Shown here: positions 15,523 to 24,663 of the stretch, one piece after another
Layout: every line of letters begins with the position of its first letter
Position numbering within the stretch: position 1 is the stretch's first letter
Virus record (IMG/VR): IMGVR_UViG_3300046490_000018
Coordinates: 1-24,829 of that record
From: a virus
Lineage: Duplodnaviria; Caudoviricetes
Length of the DNA: 24,829 bases
Reading direction: 5' to 3' (one strand)
Made by a program: the position numbers and the translations under genes
The notes under the pieces: model-generated
Database searches by the model: none
Told to the model about the DNA's origin: nothing
The model's input: the letters and a program-made list of their open reading frames with translations, nothing else

Positions 15523-17462
15523 TGAAGCAACTCAAGTTGAAGCGGCAGTTTCGCTCGATGCCATCCGACTTCGTGGTGGAGCGTGCGGCTGACGGAGAGA
15601 AGGACCAGTGTGTTCGCGTGCAGGCGACCCTGACGAGCGAATACCCGGTCCAGCGGTTCTTCGGCATGGAGATTCTCGGGCACGCCAAGGGCGAGGTTGA
15701 CCTGACCCGCATTGTAGGTGGTCCCGTGCTCTACGCCGACGCGGCGGCTGGCGACCACCGTGGGCGCCGGGTTGGCGTGGTGGAGAAGGCGCGCGTGGAC
15801 ACCGAGAACAAGTGCCTTCGCATCACGATGAAGATGAGCCGCAACGAGGATGTGCAGAAGGTCATCAGGGACATCGAGGACGGCATTCTCGGGCAGATGA
15901 GCGGGGGTTACATGCCCGAGAAGATGCAGCGCGAGAGCACGGATGCGACGAAGGGGGACACGATGCGGGTGGTTCGCTGGTGCCCGCTCGAAGCCACCAT
16001 CGTCAACGGAGTCCCTGCCGATCCCACCGTGGGAGTTGGCAGGGCGGATGACGGCGACGATGAATACGCCGTCGAGGTCGAGGGCGACGAGCCCGCGAAG
16101 GAGGAGCGCAAGATGAAGAAGCGAGTTCTGGACGAGGCGTCGGGCGTCGTCATCGAGGTGGACGAGAGCGATCCGCGTCCGGCTCACGTCGAGCGCGCCA
16201 CCGCCATCACCGTGCAGCAGCCGAACAAGGAGACGATGCTCCGCGACGTGATCGCCGTTGCCACGCAGTACGGCTGCGCCGAGCGCATCGGGGACTTCGT
16301 GTCCAAGGACATGGACGCGAACGCGGTCCGCAAGTTGCTGCTGGACGAGTCGCGCTCCGACGTGCTCCCGACGCCCGGCGCCGAGGTCATGGACAAGAAG
16401 GACCGCAGCAAGTACCGGCTCTCGCGCGCCATCCTCTGCGCCGCCGACCAGAAGTTCGACGGCATCGAGGGCGAGGTCCACAAGGAACTCTACAGCCGCA
16501 TCACCGGCTACGACTACAAGGGCGGCATCCTGATCCCGATGGATCAGGGCGATCCGCGCCTCTCCGGTCGCGCCGCGCTGGACTCCAAGACCGCCGGGGG
16601 CGGCGCGGAGTACGTCTACGACCAGCCGGGCTCGCTCATCGAAATCCTCCGCAACCGCTCGGTGTTCATCGGACTGGGAGCGCAGGTGCTCACCGGACTG
16701 AGCGGTCCCGTGCCGTTCCCGAAGCAGACTGGCGCGACCACGGCGTACTGGGTCGGTGAGAACCCGTCCACGGACGTTCCCGAGAGCGAGCCGACGTTCG
16801 GACAGGCCGTCCTCACTCCGCGCTCGCTGATGGCGACCACGGCCTACTCGCGTCAGTTGCTGGCGCAGCAGAGCCTCGACACCGACGCGCTCGTGAAGTC
16901 CGACCTCGGGGCCGTCCACACGCTGGCTCTGGACCGCGCTGGCTGGCACGGCAAGGGCGCTGCGGGCGAGCCGACCGGCATCTACATGGCGGCGGACGTT
17001 CTCAGCATCGACCCCGATGCCGTCATCACCTACCCGCTGCTCGTCTCGATGCTCGGCAAGATCGCTGAGGCCAACGCGGACGGCGTGGAACTGAAGTTCG
17101 CCACGACCCCCGGCATGGCGCAGATGCTCATGACCGCGCTCAAGATGACGAACGTCGGAACCTCGTTCGTCTGGGAAGGAAACTTCCGCGAGGGCGTCAT
17201 CGGTGGCTACCGCGCCGTCGCCACGGCCAACATCAGCAAGACGATGGCTACCAACGAGCCGACCGGAGGCACCTACCACGGCCTCGTCGCGGGCAACTTC
17301 AACGACGCGCTCGTGGGCATGTGGCAGGCGATGGAACTCATCACCGACATCTACAGCCAGAAGAAGAAGGCGCTGATCGAGGTCACGTCCTTCCAGATGA
17401 CGGACATCCTCGTTCGTCGTGGCGTGTCGTTCTGCAAGGCGACCCGCGCGAAGATCGCGTAA
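15522..17462 (+). CDS. Fused prohead protease + HK97-fold major capsid protein
   Basis: N-terminal SEYPVQRFFGMEILGH...DIEDGIL..MSGGY...WCPLE...VPADPTVGVGR (protease). C-terminal PKQTGATTAYWVGE, SRQLLAQ and GNFND (capsid). Confidence 0.93.
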   Translation: MKQLKLKRQFRSMPSDFVVERAADGEKDQCVRVQATLTSEYPVQRFFGMEILGHAKGEVDLTRIVGGPVLYADAAAGDHRGRRVGVVEKARVDTENKCLRITMKMSRNEDVQKVIRDIEDGILGQMSGGYMPEKMQRESTDATKGDTMRVVRWCPLEATIVNGVPADPTVGVGRADDGDDEYAVEVEGDEPAKEERKMKKRVLDEASGVVIEVDESDPRPAHVERATAITVQQPNKETMLRDVIAVATQYGCAERIGDFVSKDMDANAVRKLLLDESRSDVLPTPGAEVMDKKDRSKYRLSRAILCAADQKFDGIEGEVHKELYSRITGYDYKGGILIPMDQGDPRLSGRAALDSKTAGGGAEYVYDQPGSLIEILRNRSVFIGLGAQVLTGLSGPVPFPKQTGATTAYWVGENPSTDVPESEPTFGQAVLTPRSLMATTAYSRQLLAQQSLDTDALVKSDLGAVHTLALDRAGWHGKGAAGEPTGIYMAADVLSIDPDAVITYPLLVSMLGKIAEANADGVELKFATTPGMAQMLMTALKMTNVGTSFVWEGNFREGVIGGYRAVATANISKTMATNEPTGGTYHGLVAGNFNDALVGMWQAMELITDIYSQKKKALIEVTSFQMTDILVRRGVSFCKATRAKIA

Positions 17463-17472
17463 GGGAGAGGCC

Positions 17473-17754
17473 ATGAGACTGAAGGCGCTGACCTCGTTCA
17501 GCCTCGGCGGAGGCAATGACGTTCACGCGGGGGACGTGTTCGACATGGAAAACAAGGCCCGCGCTACCGGCCTCGTCTACACCGGCATGGCGGAGCCTGC
17601 CAAGGAACCGGAAGCGTCCCCCGACGCCCCGTCTCCCGAAGCGGCTCCGCCTACCGAACCCGCAGTCACCCATCCCGAACGCGGTTCCGGCTACGAGAAG
17701 ATCGTCAGCCGCGACCCGAAGCCCGCTGGCGGGCAGAAGGAGAACAAGGCATGA
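17473..17754 (+). CDS. Small post-capsid protein (AGDVFD motif, Pro/Ala/Glu-rich tail)
   Basis: GGAGAGG RBS. Typical small gene following the major capsid gene. Confidence 0.65.
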   Translation: MRLKALTSFSLGGGNDVHAGDVFDMENKARATGLVYTGMAEPAKEPEASPDAPSPEAAPPTEPAVTHPERGSGYEKIVSRDPKPAGGQKENKA

Positions 17755-18152
17755 CCGCTCTTACCCAGTACCCCACCGCGACCACGCATGTGAATGTCCT
17801 CAACCCGCAGACGGTGACGACCGCTGGCGGCGCCGTCACCAGTGCGGCCATCGACCTGCTCGACTACGAGGGGCTGGGGTCGCTGATCCTGCACTCCGCG
17901 AAGTCCACGGCGGGCACGGGCGTCCACCTCGACCTGACGGTGACGGAGTGCGACACCTCGGGCGGCTCCTACTCGACCGCCATCAGCGGTCAGACGCTCG
18001 GCCCCGTGGACGAGGTGACGGATTACCTCGCCCGCCTGATCCTCGACTTCGGCATCCGCAAGCGGTACATCAAGGTCGTGGTCACGCCCACCGGAACGTC
18101 CGGCTCGTGGATCATGGGCGTGTCGATGACCGGCATCAAGAAGCAGCGGTAG
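17751..18152 (+). CDS. Putative capsid cement/decoration protein
   Basis: Beta-sandwich pattern AIDLLDYEG...VTECDTSGGSY...RKRYIKVVVT. Lies in the head module. Confidence 0.6.
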   Translation: MTALTQYPTATTHVNVLNPQTVTTAGGAVTSAAIDLLDYEGLGSLILHSAKSTAGTGVHLDLTVTECDTSGGSYSTAISGQTLGPVDEVTDYLARLILDFGIRKRYIKVVVTPTGTSGSWIMGVSMTGIKKQR

Positions 18153-18158
18153 CGAACG

Positions 18159-18485
18159 ATGAGCAATGAGTTCGGGGCTGCCGACATCCAGAGTATGATT
18201 CTGGGTGTCGGCGGTCGTCCCATCACCAGCGGCGGGCACACGACGCTCGGGCTTCCCCAAGACGAGTTCCGTTCCGTGGGCGAGGCTTCGGAGTTCCTGC
18301 GCGGATTCGGTTCGGCTGCGGTTGAGCCGGGCTTCGTCCTCGTGGCAATCGAGGCCGACTCGCTCGGCAGCATCAAGGCCGGGGACAGCGTGGTGTGGGA
18401 TACCGTCACCTACAAGGTGCGCCGGGTGGAGCCTTCGGAAGACCCGGCCACGCAAAGGCTTCATCTCTCTCTGGGGGTCCATTGA
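18159..18485 (+). CDS. Head-tail joining / head closure protein (gpFII-like)
   Basis: C-terminal IKAGDSVVWDTVTYKVRRVEP..D...RLHL pattern and gene position. Confidence 0.7.
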   Translation: MSNEFGAADIQSMILGVGGRPITSGGHTTLGLPQDEFRSVGEASEFLRGFGSAAVEPGFVLVAIEADSLGSIKAGDSVVWDTVTYKVRRVEPSEDPATQRLHLSLGVH

Positions 18486-18943
18486 GCACGATCAGGAGCC
18501 AGATCAAGGCGAGGCTGATAGCGGCCTTGAACGCGGCTGAGAAGCCTTCTGGTACTCCTGCGTGCGTAGACGGGCTGGCGCTGGTCATGTCGTCCAGTGA
18601 CCTTCCCAGCATCTCCTTGTTCCTCAAGAGCGATCAGGCCGAGAACGTCGGCGGCTCGTCGGGCGCGCTCAAGCGCCGGACGGCTGCGTTCGATGTTGAA
18701 GTACGCACCGCCGACGCTGGCGGAGTCACCGCGTTCGATCTGGCAGAGATACATCTCAAGTGGCTGAGCAAGGCTGTCGCCAGCGTCAGCACATCTTCCC
18801 CAACGCGGATCATGCACTACGTCGAGGAAGGCGTCACGTCTTGGGAGAACGTAGGCGAAGGAGAGATTCCGGTCTGTCTCGCCACGATGGAAGTCATCGC
18901 GCACTACCAGACCAAAGTAACCGACCCCGAGGCATGGGCGTAG
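18482..18943 (+). CDS. Tail terminator protein (gpU-like)
   Basis: TTG start in a TTGA overlap. STIRSQIKARLIAAL...DLPSISLF...YQTKVTDP. Directly before the tail tube gene. Confidence 0.7.
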   Translation: MSTIRSQIKARLIAALNAAEKPSGTPACVDGLALVMSSSDLPSISLFLKSDQAENVGGSSGALKRRTAAFDVEVRTADAGGVTAFDLAEIHLKWLSKAVASVSTSSPTRIMHYVEEGVTSWENVGEGEIPVCLATMEVIAHYQTKVTDPEAWA

Positions 18944-18965
18944 CCCCTGCTGGGAGGATGAGCAG

Positions 18966-19787
18966 ATGAGCAATGTCGCGGATGGTGCGAACCTGCTGCT
19001 CGGCAAGGGCAAGTTGTACTTCGAGCGTTTCTCGGCGTCTGGCGCTGCGGCGACCGGCGCGCTGCGATTCCTCGGAAACGTCACGGCGTTCACGCTGACG
19101 ATGACCGACGAGTTGAAGCAGGCGTACTCCAGTGCGGAGTCCGGCGCCCCGCTGCTCAAGCAGGCGCTGATTCGCCGCACCGTCGAACTCGGCGTGACGA
19201 TGGACGAGTTCACGGCGGACAACGTCGCGCTCGCTCTCATGGGTACGAACTCGGACGTGGCCGCGCAGACCGGCGCCGCAGTCACCGCCCAGAACATCCG
19301 CACCAACATGCCTGCGGACGGATCGGGGCTGGACAGGTCGTACTACGTCGGGAAGATGAAGTGGGACTCGGCAACGCCGTGCGTGGTCAAGATCGACACC
19401 ACGACGCTCACGGTCACGACCGACTACACGTTCGACTACCTGAACGGGATGCTCTACGTCGTCAACAACGCCACGACGCTCGCGGCCTGCGCTGGTGGCG
19501 CCAAGACGCTCACGCACGCTGGCACGACCCTCACCTACGCCCTCGGCCTCTACAAGAGCATCGTTGGCGCCACGGTCGGTGTCGTGGAAGGCGCGTTCCG
19601 GTTCATCGCGGACCCGTCCGCCGGGCCTGCCCTCAACGTGGACGTTTGGCGCGTGGACTGCACGCCGGACGGCGACTGGGGGCTGATCGGTGAGGACTTC
19701 GGTGAGTTCAAGTTGAAGGGCAAGGTGGTCGCGGATTCCGCCGCGCACCCGGCCTCGCCCCTGTTCACCGTCACGAAGATGACGTAA
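18966..19787 (+). CDS. Major tail tube protein
   Basis: LLGKGKLYF...RFLGNVTAFTL...MDEFTADNVALALMG...EGAFRFIAD...PDGDWGLIGEDF. GGAGG RBS. Confidence 0.88.
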   Translation: MSNVADGANLLLGKGKLYFERFSASGAAATGALRFLGNVTAFTLTMTDELKQAYSSAESGAPLLKQALIRRTVELGVTMDEFTADNVALALMGTNSDVAAQTGAAVTAQNIRTNMPADGSGLDRSYYVGKMKWDSATPCVVKIDTTTLTVTTDYTFDYLNGMLYVVNNATTLAACAGGAKTLTHAGTTLTYALGLYKSIVGATVGVVEGAFRFIADPSAGPALNVDVWRVDCTPDGDWGLIGEDFGEFKLKGKVVADSAAHPASPLFTVTKMT

Positions 19788-19797
19788 GGGAGGCATC

Positions 19798-20400
19798 GTG
19801 GACTCGAAGGTCGAACTCGGGGGGCGGTCCTTCGTCGCGGTGCTGGAGACGACGGCTGAACACGATTTTCTGACGATGGGACACATCCGGGCGACTGGGC
19901 TTTCCGAGGCGGCCCAGCGCCCGGATGAATCGCCAGAGGACTTCGCTGTTCGGCTCGTTGGCGATCTGGCGGCGAGCGGGAGAGCCTTCGACATCCTTGG
20001 CTCTCTCCTCGTCCCAGAGGGCACGGAATCGCTGGCGTGGACTCCGAAGATGGGCGCGGAGACGGCGGCCTTCATGCGCGGCCTCACCGACCAGCGCAGC
20101 AAGAACCAGTTGTACACACTGACCGCTCAACTGATGCTCGCTTTTTTTCAAGACGGGTTGCTCTCGTTCAAGACTTCAAAGCCCTCTTCGCCCGGGGCAA
20201 GAAGGAAGAACAGCCCGACGAGCCAGAACGAGGCGCCCTCGCCTTCGGAGAGTGGAACGGCGCCGTCCGCTTCCTCTCTGGAAACGATTACGCCCGCGCC
20301 GTCACCATCGGAACTCAATGGCCCCTCCGAGAAGTTCTGGCCTGCCTTCTTGAGAAGGCTCGGGATCGGGCGAGGGAGCAATACCGACACGACCACCTAG
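19798..20400 (+). CDS. Tail assembly chaperone (gpG-like, unshifted product, 200 aa)
   Basis: Between tail tube and tape measure genes. GGGAGG RBS. Contains a slippery heptamer. Confidence 0.75.
   Translation: MDSKVELGGRSFVAVLETTAEHDFLTMGHIRATGLSEAAQRPDESPEDFAVRLVGDLAASGRAFDILGSLLVPEGTESLAWTPKMGAETAAFMRGLTDQRSKNQLYTLTAQLMLAFFQDGLLSFKTSKPSSPGARRKNSPTSQNEAPSPSESGTAPSASSLETITPAPSPSELNGPSEKFWPAFLRRLGIGRGSNTDTTT
20142..20148 (+). other. Programmed -1 ribosomal frameshift site T-TTT-TTT
   Basis: GCT TTT TTT CAA in frame, fitting X-XXY-YYZ. The -1 frame stays open to TAA at 20486. Confidence 0.8.
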
Positions 20401-20486
20401 CGTGGGTCATCGTTCAGTCGCAGGCAACGAAGAAGGTCAAGCCGCCGAAGATTCCCGCCATCTTGAGAGGTGCGAGCCGTGGCTAA
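20148..20486 (+). CDS. Tail assembly chaperone gpT-like extension (-1 frame; G-T fusion about 229 aa)
   Basis: SRRVALVQDF...WPLREVLACLLE...KKVKPPKIPAILRG. Ends overlapping the tape measure start. Confidence 0.72.
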   Translation, partial: SRRVALVQDFKALFARGKKEEQPDEPERGALAFGEWNGAVRFLSGNDYARAVTIGTQWPLREVLACLLEKARDRAREQYRHDHLAWVIVQSQATKKVKPPKIPAILRGASRG

Positions 20487-23064
20487 CGTACCGGACATCC
20501 GCGTAAGGATCAGCGGCGAAGGCGGCGCGGCAGTCGTCGCTGCTCTCGACAAGATCGCCAACGCGGCCCAGAACACCGGGAAGAAGGCCGGTCACGGCAT
20601 GCAGCCGTTCCACGACGCGCTGGGCAGCGTGGAGAAGATGCTCGGCGCAGTCGGCATTGCCCTTGGCGTCCACCAGTTCATCGAGTGGGGCAAGGAAGCC
20701 GCGATGGCTGGCAAGGAGACGGAACTGATGGCGCAGCGGGTGGGCGCCAGCACCGAGCACATCTCCGCCCTGACCTACGCCGCGCGCATGGCCGACGTGG
20801 ACATGAACCTCCTCCAGCGCGGCATGGCGATGATGGCCCGCAACATGGACCTCGCGGGCAACTCGTCCAACAACGCCGGTCGCGCTCTGGCTCGCGTCGG
20901 CCTCACCTTCAAAGACCTCAAGAACAAGGACGCCGTGGAGCAGTTGGTCCTGCTCGGCAACGCCTTCGTGAAGATCAAGGATTCGCCCACCAAGACGGCT
21001 CTGGCGATGCAGATGTTCTCGCGCGCCGGGTTCAACATGGTGCCGATCCTCAACATGCTCGGCAAGGAAGGCATCGGGAAACTCGTAGAGCGCACGAAGG
21101 AACTCGGCCTGCTCATGGACGAGAAAACCACGGCCAGCCTCGCGGGCGTGGCCGAGTCCTTCAAGACGCTCAACCTCGCCGCTAAGGGCGTTGCCACGCA
21201 GTTCATGAGCGGGTTCGCGGAGCCGATTGCCGACGCCATCACTCGCGTCAGCGAGGCAGTCGAAGGCCGTGGCATCGGAGCGTTCAAGGAGTTCGGACAG
21301 GAGGCGGGCACGGTCGTCCGCAACATCATCCTTCCGATCATCGCGTTGGCCGCGATCCTCGTGGACCTCGGCACGGTCGTGAAGGAAGTGTTCATGTGGT
21401 TCGGAGAGGGGCTTGCGAAGAACGCCATCTGGCTCACGGCGTTCGGCAAGGTCATCAAGGACACCATGAGCGGCAACTTGAAGCAGGCCGTCATCGACAT
21501 GCAGGTAGCCAACGACGCGCTGGACAAGATAGACAAGGCGCGCATGGACCGGCTGAAACAAGAGGACGAGGACTGGAAGAAGCGCAGCAAACTGATCGGC
21601 GCTTCTGTGACGGGGATGTTCGAGACTCCCAAGCCTCTGGAAGCCCCGCAGTACGGCCCGCAGTTTGACGCCGAGGCGGCGGCAGAGGACGCGCGGCGCC
21701 GGGAGATGGCGGCGAAGAAGGCTGCCGAGGCGGAACTCCGCGCGACCCTGCACGGCCTGAAGGCTGAAGAGAACGCCAACAAGCGGTTCTACGATCAGGG
21801 TTTCATGGGGCTGGTCGCGTACTACCAGTCGCGCATCGACATCGCGGAGAGGATGCGTAGTGCGGAACTGCGGGAGATCGCCAAGGAGCGCAGGGGCGTC
21901 AACCCCGACGCGACGGACGCGGCGGCGCAGTATTCGGAACTCAACTCGCGCGTCAAAGAGGCTGGCTACCAGTACGACGACGCCATCAGCGCCGCCAACG
22001 ATATGCTCCTCGACGGGCAGCGCAAGATGATCGAGGGCAACAGGGCCGTCGCAGCCAAGATGCTGGAGAACGCCGGACAACTGCACGCCGCGCGCATGAT
22101 GAACATCGAGGCGGAGATCACGAAGGAGCGCGAGCGGATCGGCGCGATGGGGCCGATGTCGGAGAGTCAGGCCGCGCACATGCAGGCGTACACCGACTCG
22201 CTGACGAAGCAGGAGGACTTCCAGACCAAGTCGGAAATCTTCAACAACGCGCAGGCGCAGTACGACATCGACCGCATGAACATCGAGAACGGGATGCTCG
22301 TCTCCTTCGACGCACAGTTGAAGGGCAAGGCGGCGCTGCTCGCGCTCGATAAGCAGCGGCTTCCGGTCCTCATTGGGCTGGCGCAGGCACAACTCGCGGC
22401 AGCGACGGACCCGGCGGAGATTCTCCGCCTGACCGAGAACATCTCCAAGATGAAGGCTCTCTCGGATCAGACGAAGATCGACGCGGTGAACATGGGTAAG
22501 TTGGGCGAGGCGACGAAGAAGGCCACCGAGGACGGGCTGACCACTGCGCTCATGGAGGCTACTGACGGCGCGCACTCGCTCGGACAGGCGATGGCTGATG
22601 CGGCACTCCAGATGCTCGACGGCATTCGTCAGGTCATCGCGGAACTGCTCTCTCAGTTGATGGTGGAACAGATGATTAAGTCCGCCTCCTACCTTGGCTT
22701 CACCACGGGCGGCTACGTCGCGGGACCGGGCGGGCCTACTGAGGACTCGATCATCGCGCGGCTCTCCGCCGGGGAGTTCGTTGTGCGTTCGGCTGTGGTG
22801 GGGCAGCCCGGAGTGCTGTCGTACCTGAAGGCGCTCAATGCGGGCGTGATGAACCCGTCCACCATGCTGCCCCTTCGTGGGTACGCCGCTGGTGGCGAGG
22901 TGCTGGCGGCTGCTCCCTCGGCGCAGGTGGGCGGGACCATCACGCTTGGACTCGACCAAGGCTTGATCCTCAAGGCAATGGAGTCTCCCGCAGGGCAGCG
23001 CGTACTGGTCAAGGTCGTCGGTAGGAATCCGCGCGCCATCGGCGCCGCGCTGGGGAGGGGCTGA
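20479..23064 (+). CDS. Tail tape measure protein
   Basis: About 860 aa, Ala-rich and helical. C-terminal GGYVAGPGGPTEDSIIARLSAGEFVV motif. GTG 20479 has GAGG upstream. Confidence 0.92.
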   Translation: MANVPDIRVRISGEGGAAVVAALDKIANAAQNTGKKAGHGMQPFHDALGSVEKMLGAVGIALGVHQFIEWGKEAAMAGKETELMAQRVGASTEHISALTYAARMADVDMNLLQRGMAMMARNMDLAGNSSNNAGRALARVGLTFKDLKNKDAVEQLVLLGNAFVKIKDSPTKTALAMQMFSRAGFNMVPILNMLGKEGIGKLVERTKELGLLMDEKTTASLAGVAESFKTLNLAAKGVATQFMSGFAEPIADAITRVSEAVEGRGIGAFKEFGQEAGTVVRNIILPIIALAAILVDLGTVVKEVFMWFGEGLAKNAIWLTAFGKVIKDTMSGNLKQAVIDMQVANDALDKIDKARMDRLKQEDEDWKKRSKLIGASVTGMFETPKPLEAPQYGPQFDAEAAAEDARRREMAAKKAAEAELRATLHGLKAEENANKRFYDQGFMGLVAYYQSRIDIAERMRSAELREIAKERRGVNPDATDAAAQYSELNSRVKEAGYQYDDAISAANDMLLDGQRKMIEGNRAVAAKMLENAGQLHAARMMNIEAEITKERERIGAMGPMSESQAAHMQAYTDSLTKQEDFQTKSEIFNNAQAQYDIDRMNIENGMLVSFDAQLKGKAALLALDKQRLPVLIGLAQAQLAAATDPAEILRLTENISKMKALSDQTKIDAVNMGKLGEATKKATEDGLTTALMEATDGAHSLGQAMADAALQMLDGIRQVIAELLSQLMVEQMIKSASYLGFTTGGYVAGPGGPTEDSIIARLSAGEFVVRSAVVGQPGVLSYLKALNAGVMNPSTMLPLRGYAAGGEVLAAAPSAQVGGTITLGLDQGLILKAMESPAGQRVLVKVVGRNPRAIGAALGRG

Positions 23065-24662
23065 TGTTCACCACGGGCACCGCGACGGACGAGAAAGACC
23101 TGCTGGAGAAGTTGCACACGTTCCTCACGGCGACGGGCAGCGCGTTCGGCCTGACCTACTCCGGGGCGGGCGGCGGCTCCATGACCGCCTACAAGGGCGG
23201 CTCGGCCTCGGTCGCAGAGACGTGGACGATCACCGCGACGAACTCCACGACGTTCACGGTCAGCGGCAGCCAGACGGGCGCGCTGGCGAACGCCACGGTT
23301 GGCACGCCGTACACGGGGACGAAGGTTCAGTTCCTCATCTCGGCGGCGGGCGCGGCCTTCGTCGCAGGCGACGTGTTCACGTTGAGCACCGCGCCGAAGT
23401 GGACCTCGATGCTGCGGATGCGCGGCTGCGAAGTGGCATCGAACGTCTACAACACCGGGGCAACCTCGCCCAACACGCTCATCGACGGCAAGAAGGCGTA
23501 CAACTCCAACGCCTACTACGTCAACAGCACCTCCGCCGTGCCCAACGACATCGTGTTCACGATGCGCGAGGCGGAGACGATCTGCGAGTACGCCATGACG
23601 AGCCACGGGACGTACTACCCGAACGCATGGACGTTCGACTACTGGAACGGCGGCGCGTGGGTGACGCTCGACACGCAGGCGGCGGTGAGCAATGCGTGGA
23701 GCCAGTCCGTGTTCCGCACATTCCAGATCGCCAGCCCTGTCAGCGCCACGATCTACCGCATCCACATCACGGCGGCTGTCAACTCCTCGTTCTACCTCTA
23801 CGCGATGGAGTTGCGCCGGACTCCGGGCGGGCCGAACGCGGCTTGCTCGCAGTACGCTTGGATGGCTCCGGGGAACGACGGGACGAGCCAGATTTACGTT
23901 GGCGCTCATGCGTTCCGTCAGGTGGACGTGGATTACTACGACCTTGAACTCGCCGCGATGGACTCGTGGGTGGACGGCCTCTCGATCTTTGAGCAGGCCA
24001 ACCGACAGTCCGGCCTCTACGTCCCGCTCTGGAACGCGACGATGAACTACTGGTTCATCGCAGACGGCAGGCGAGTCGTCTGCATCGTGAAGGGCGGGAC
24101 GGCGCAGTACGAGTCGTTCTACCTCGGCCTGTACGACGCCTACGGCACGCCGTCGCAGATTCCCTACCCGATCTGCATGGGTGGCACTCTCGGCACCGGG
24201 ACTATCCGCGAACAGCAGGCGTGGAACGACGTGAACCTGAAAGTCGCTGGGACCACGGAGCGGCACCGCGCGTTCCCGATGTCCGGCTCCCCCGGCCTGA
24301 CCTCCTACGGCGGAATCGCTTACGGCCAGTTGCGCGCCCGGCTCGTCTCGGGGACGTGGCAGCCGTTCTGGGCCGTGGACAATGACAACGGCTCGTGGTC
24401 GAACACGGCTACCTACTCCGTCTGGCCTTACGCTGGCGGTATTGCCTTGCTCGACAAGAACCTCGACGGAGGCTACACGCTCTTCCCGATCATCCTGTCT
24501 GGCGTCAACGGGCTGCTCGGGCAACTGGTGGGCGTCACCGCCCTGTCCGGCCAAGACCTCACCGCCGAGAGCCTGATCCGCGTTGGGGCCGTCGATCACA
24601 TGGCGGTGTCGAACATCACCCGGACGCACGTTGACGACTTCTTCGCCGTGAGGCTCGACTGA
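23064..24662 (+). CDS. Virion structural / tail-tip protein with inserted F5/8 type C (discoidin) domain
   Basis: MFTTGTATDEKDLLEKLHTFL N-terminus, YWFIADGRRVV...YESFYLG...YPICMGG core, and an internal discoidin-like segment. Confidence 0.75.
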   Translation: MFTTGTATDEKDLLEKLHTFLTATGSAFGLTYSGAGGGSMTAYKGGSASVAETWTITATNSTTFTVSGSQTGALANATVGTPYTGTKVQFLISAAGAAFVAGDVFTLSTAPKWTSMLRMRGCEVASNVYNTGATSPNTLIDGKKAYNSNAYYVNSTSAVPNDIVFTMREAETICEYAMTSHGTYYPNAWTFDYWNGGAWVTLDTQAAVSNAWSQSVFRTFQIASPVSATIYRIHITAAVNSSFYLYAMELRRTPGGPNAACSQYAWMAPGNDGTSQIYVGAHAFRQVDVDYYDLELAAMDSWVDGLSIFEQANRQSGLYVPLWNATMNYWFIADGRRVVCIVKGGTAQYESFYLGLYDAYGTPSQIPYPICMGGTLGTGTIREQQAWNDVNLKVAGTTERHRAFPMSGSPGLTSYGGIAYGQLRARLVSGTWQPFWAVDNDNGSWSNTATYSVWPYAGGIALLDKNLDGGYTLFPIILSGVNGLLGQLVGVTALSGQDLTAESLIRVGAVDHMAVSNITRTHVDDFFAVRLD

Positions 24663-24663
24663 C

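Noticed and set aside
20437-22959. 840-aa antisense ORF over the tape measure gene (likewise 15465-17516 and 22713-24665)
   Set aside because: Shadow ORFs caused by high GC3 codon bias. They are Arg/His/Val-rich, have no motifs, and lie opposite clear genes.
23440-23660. AAC/TAC-rich stretch suggesting a DGR variable region
   Set aside because: No template repeat or reverse transcriptase in the window, the stretch is not C-terminal, and discoidin composition explains it.
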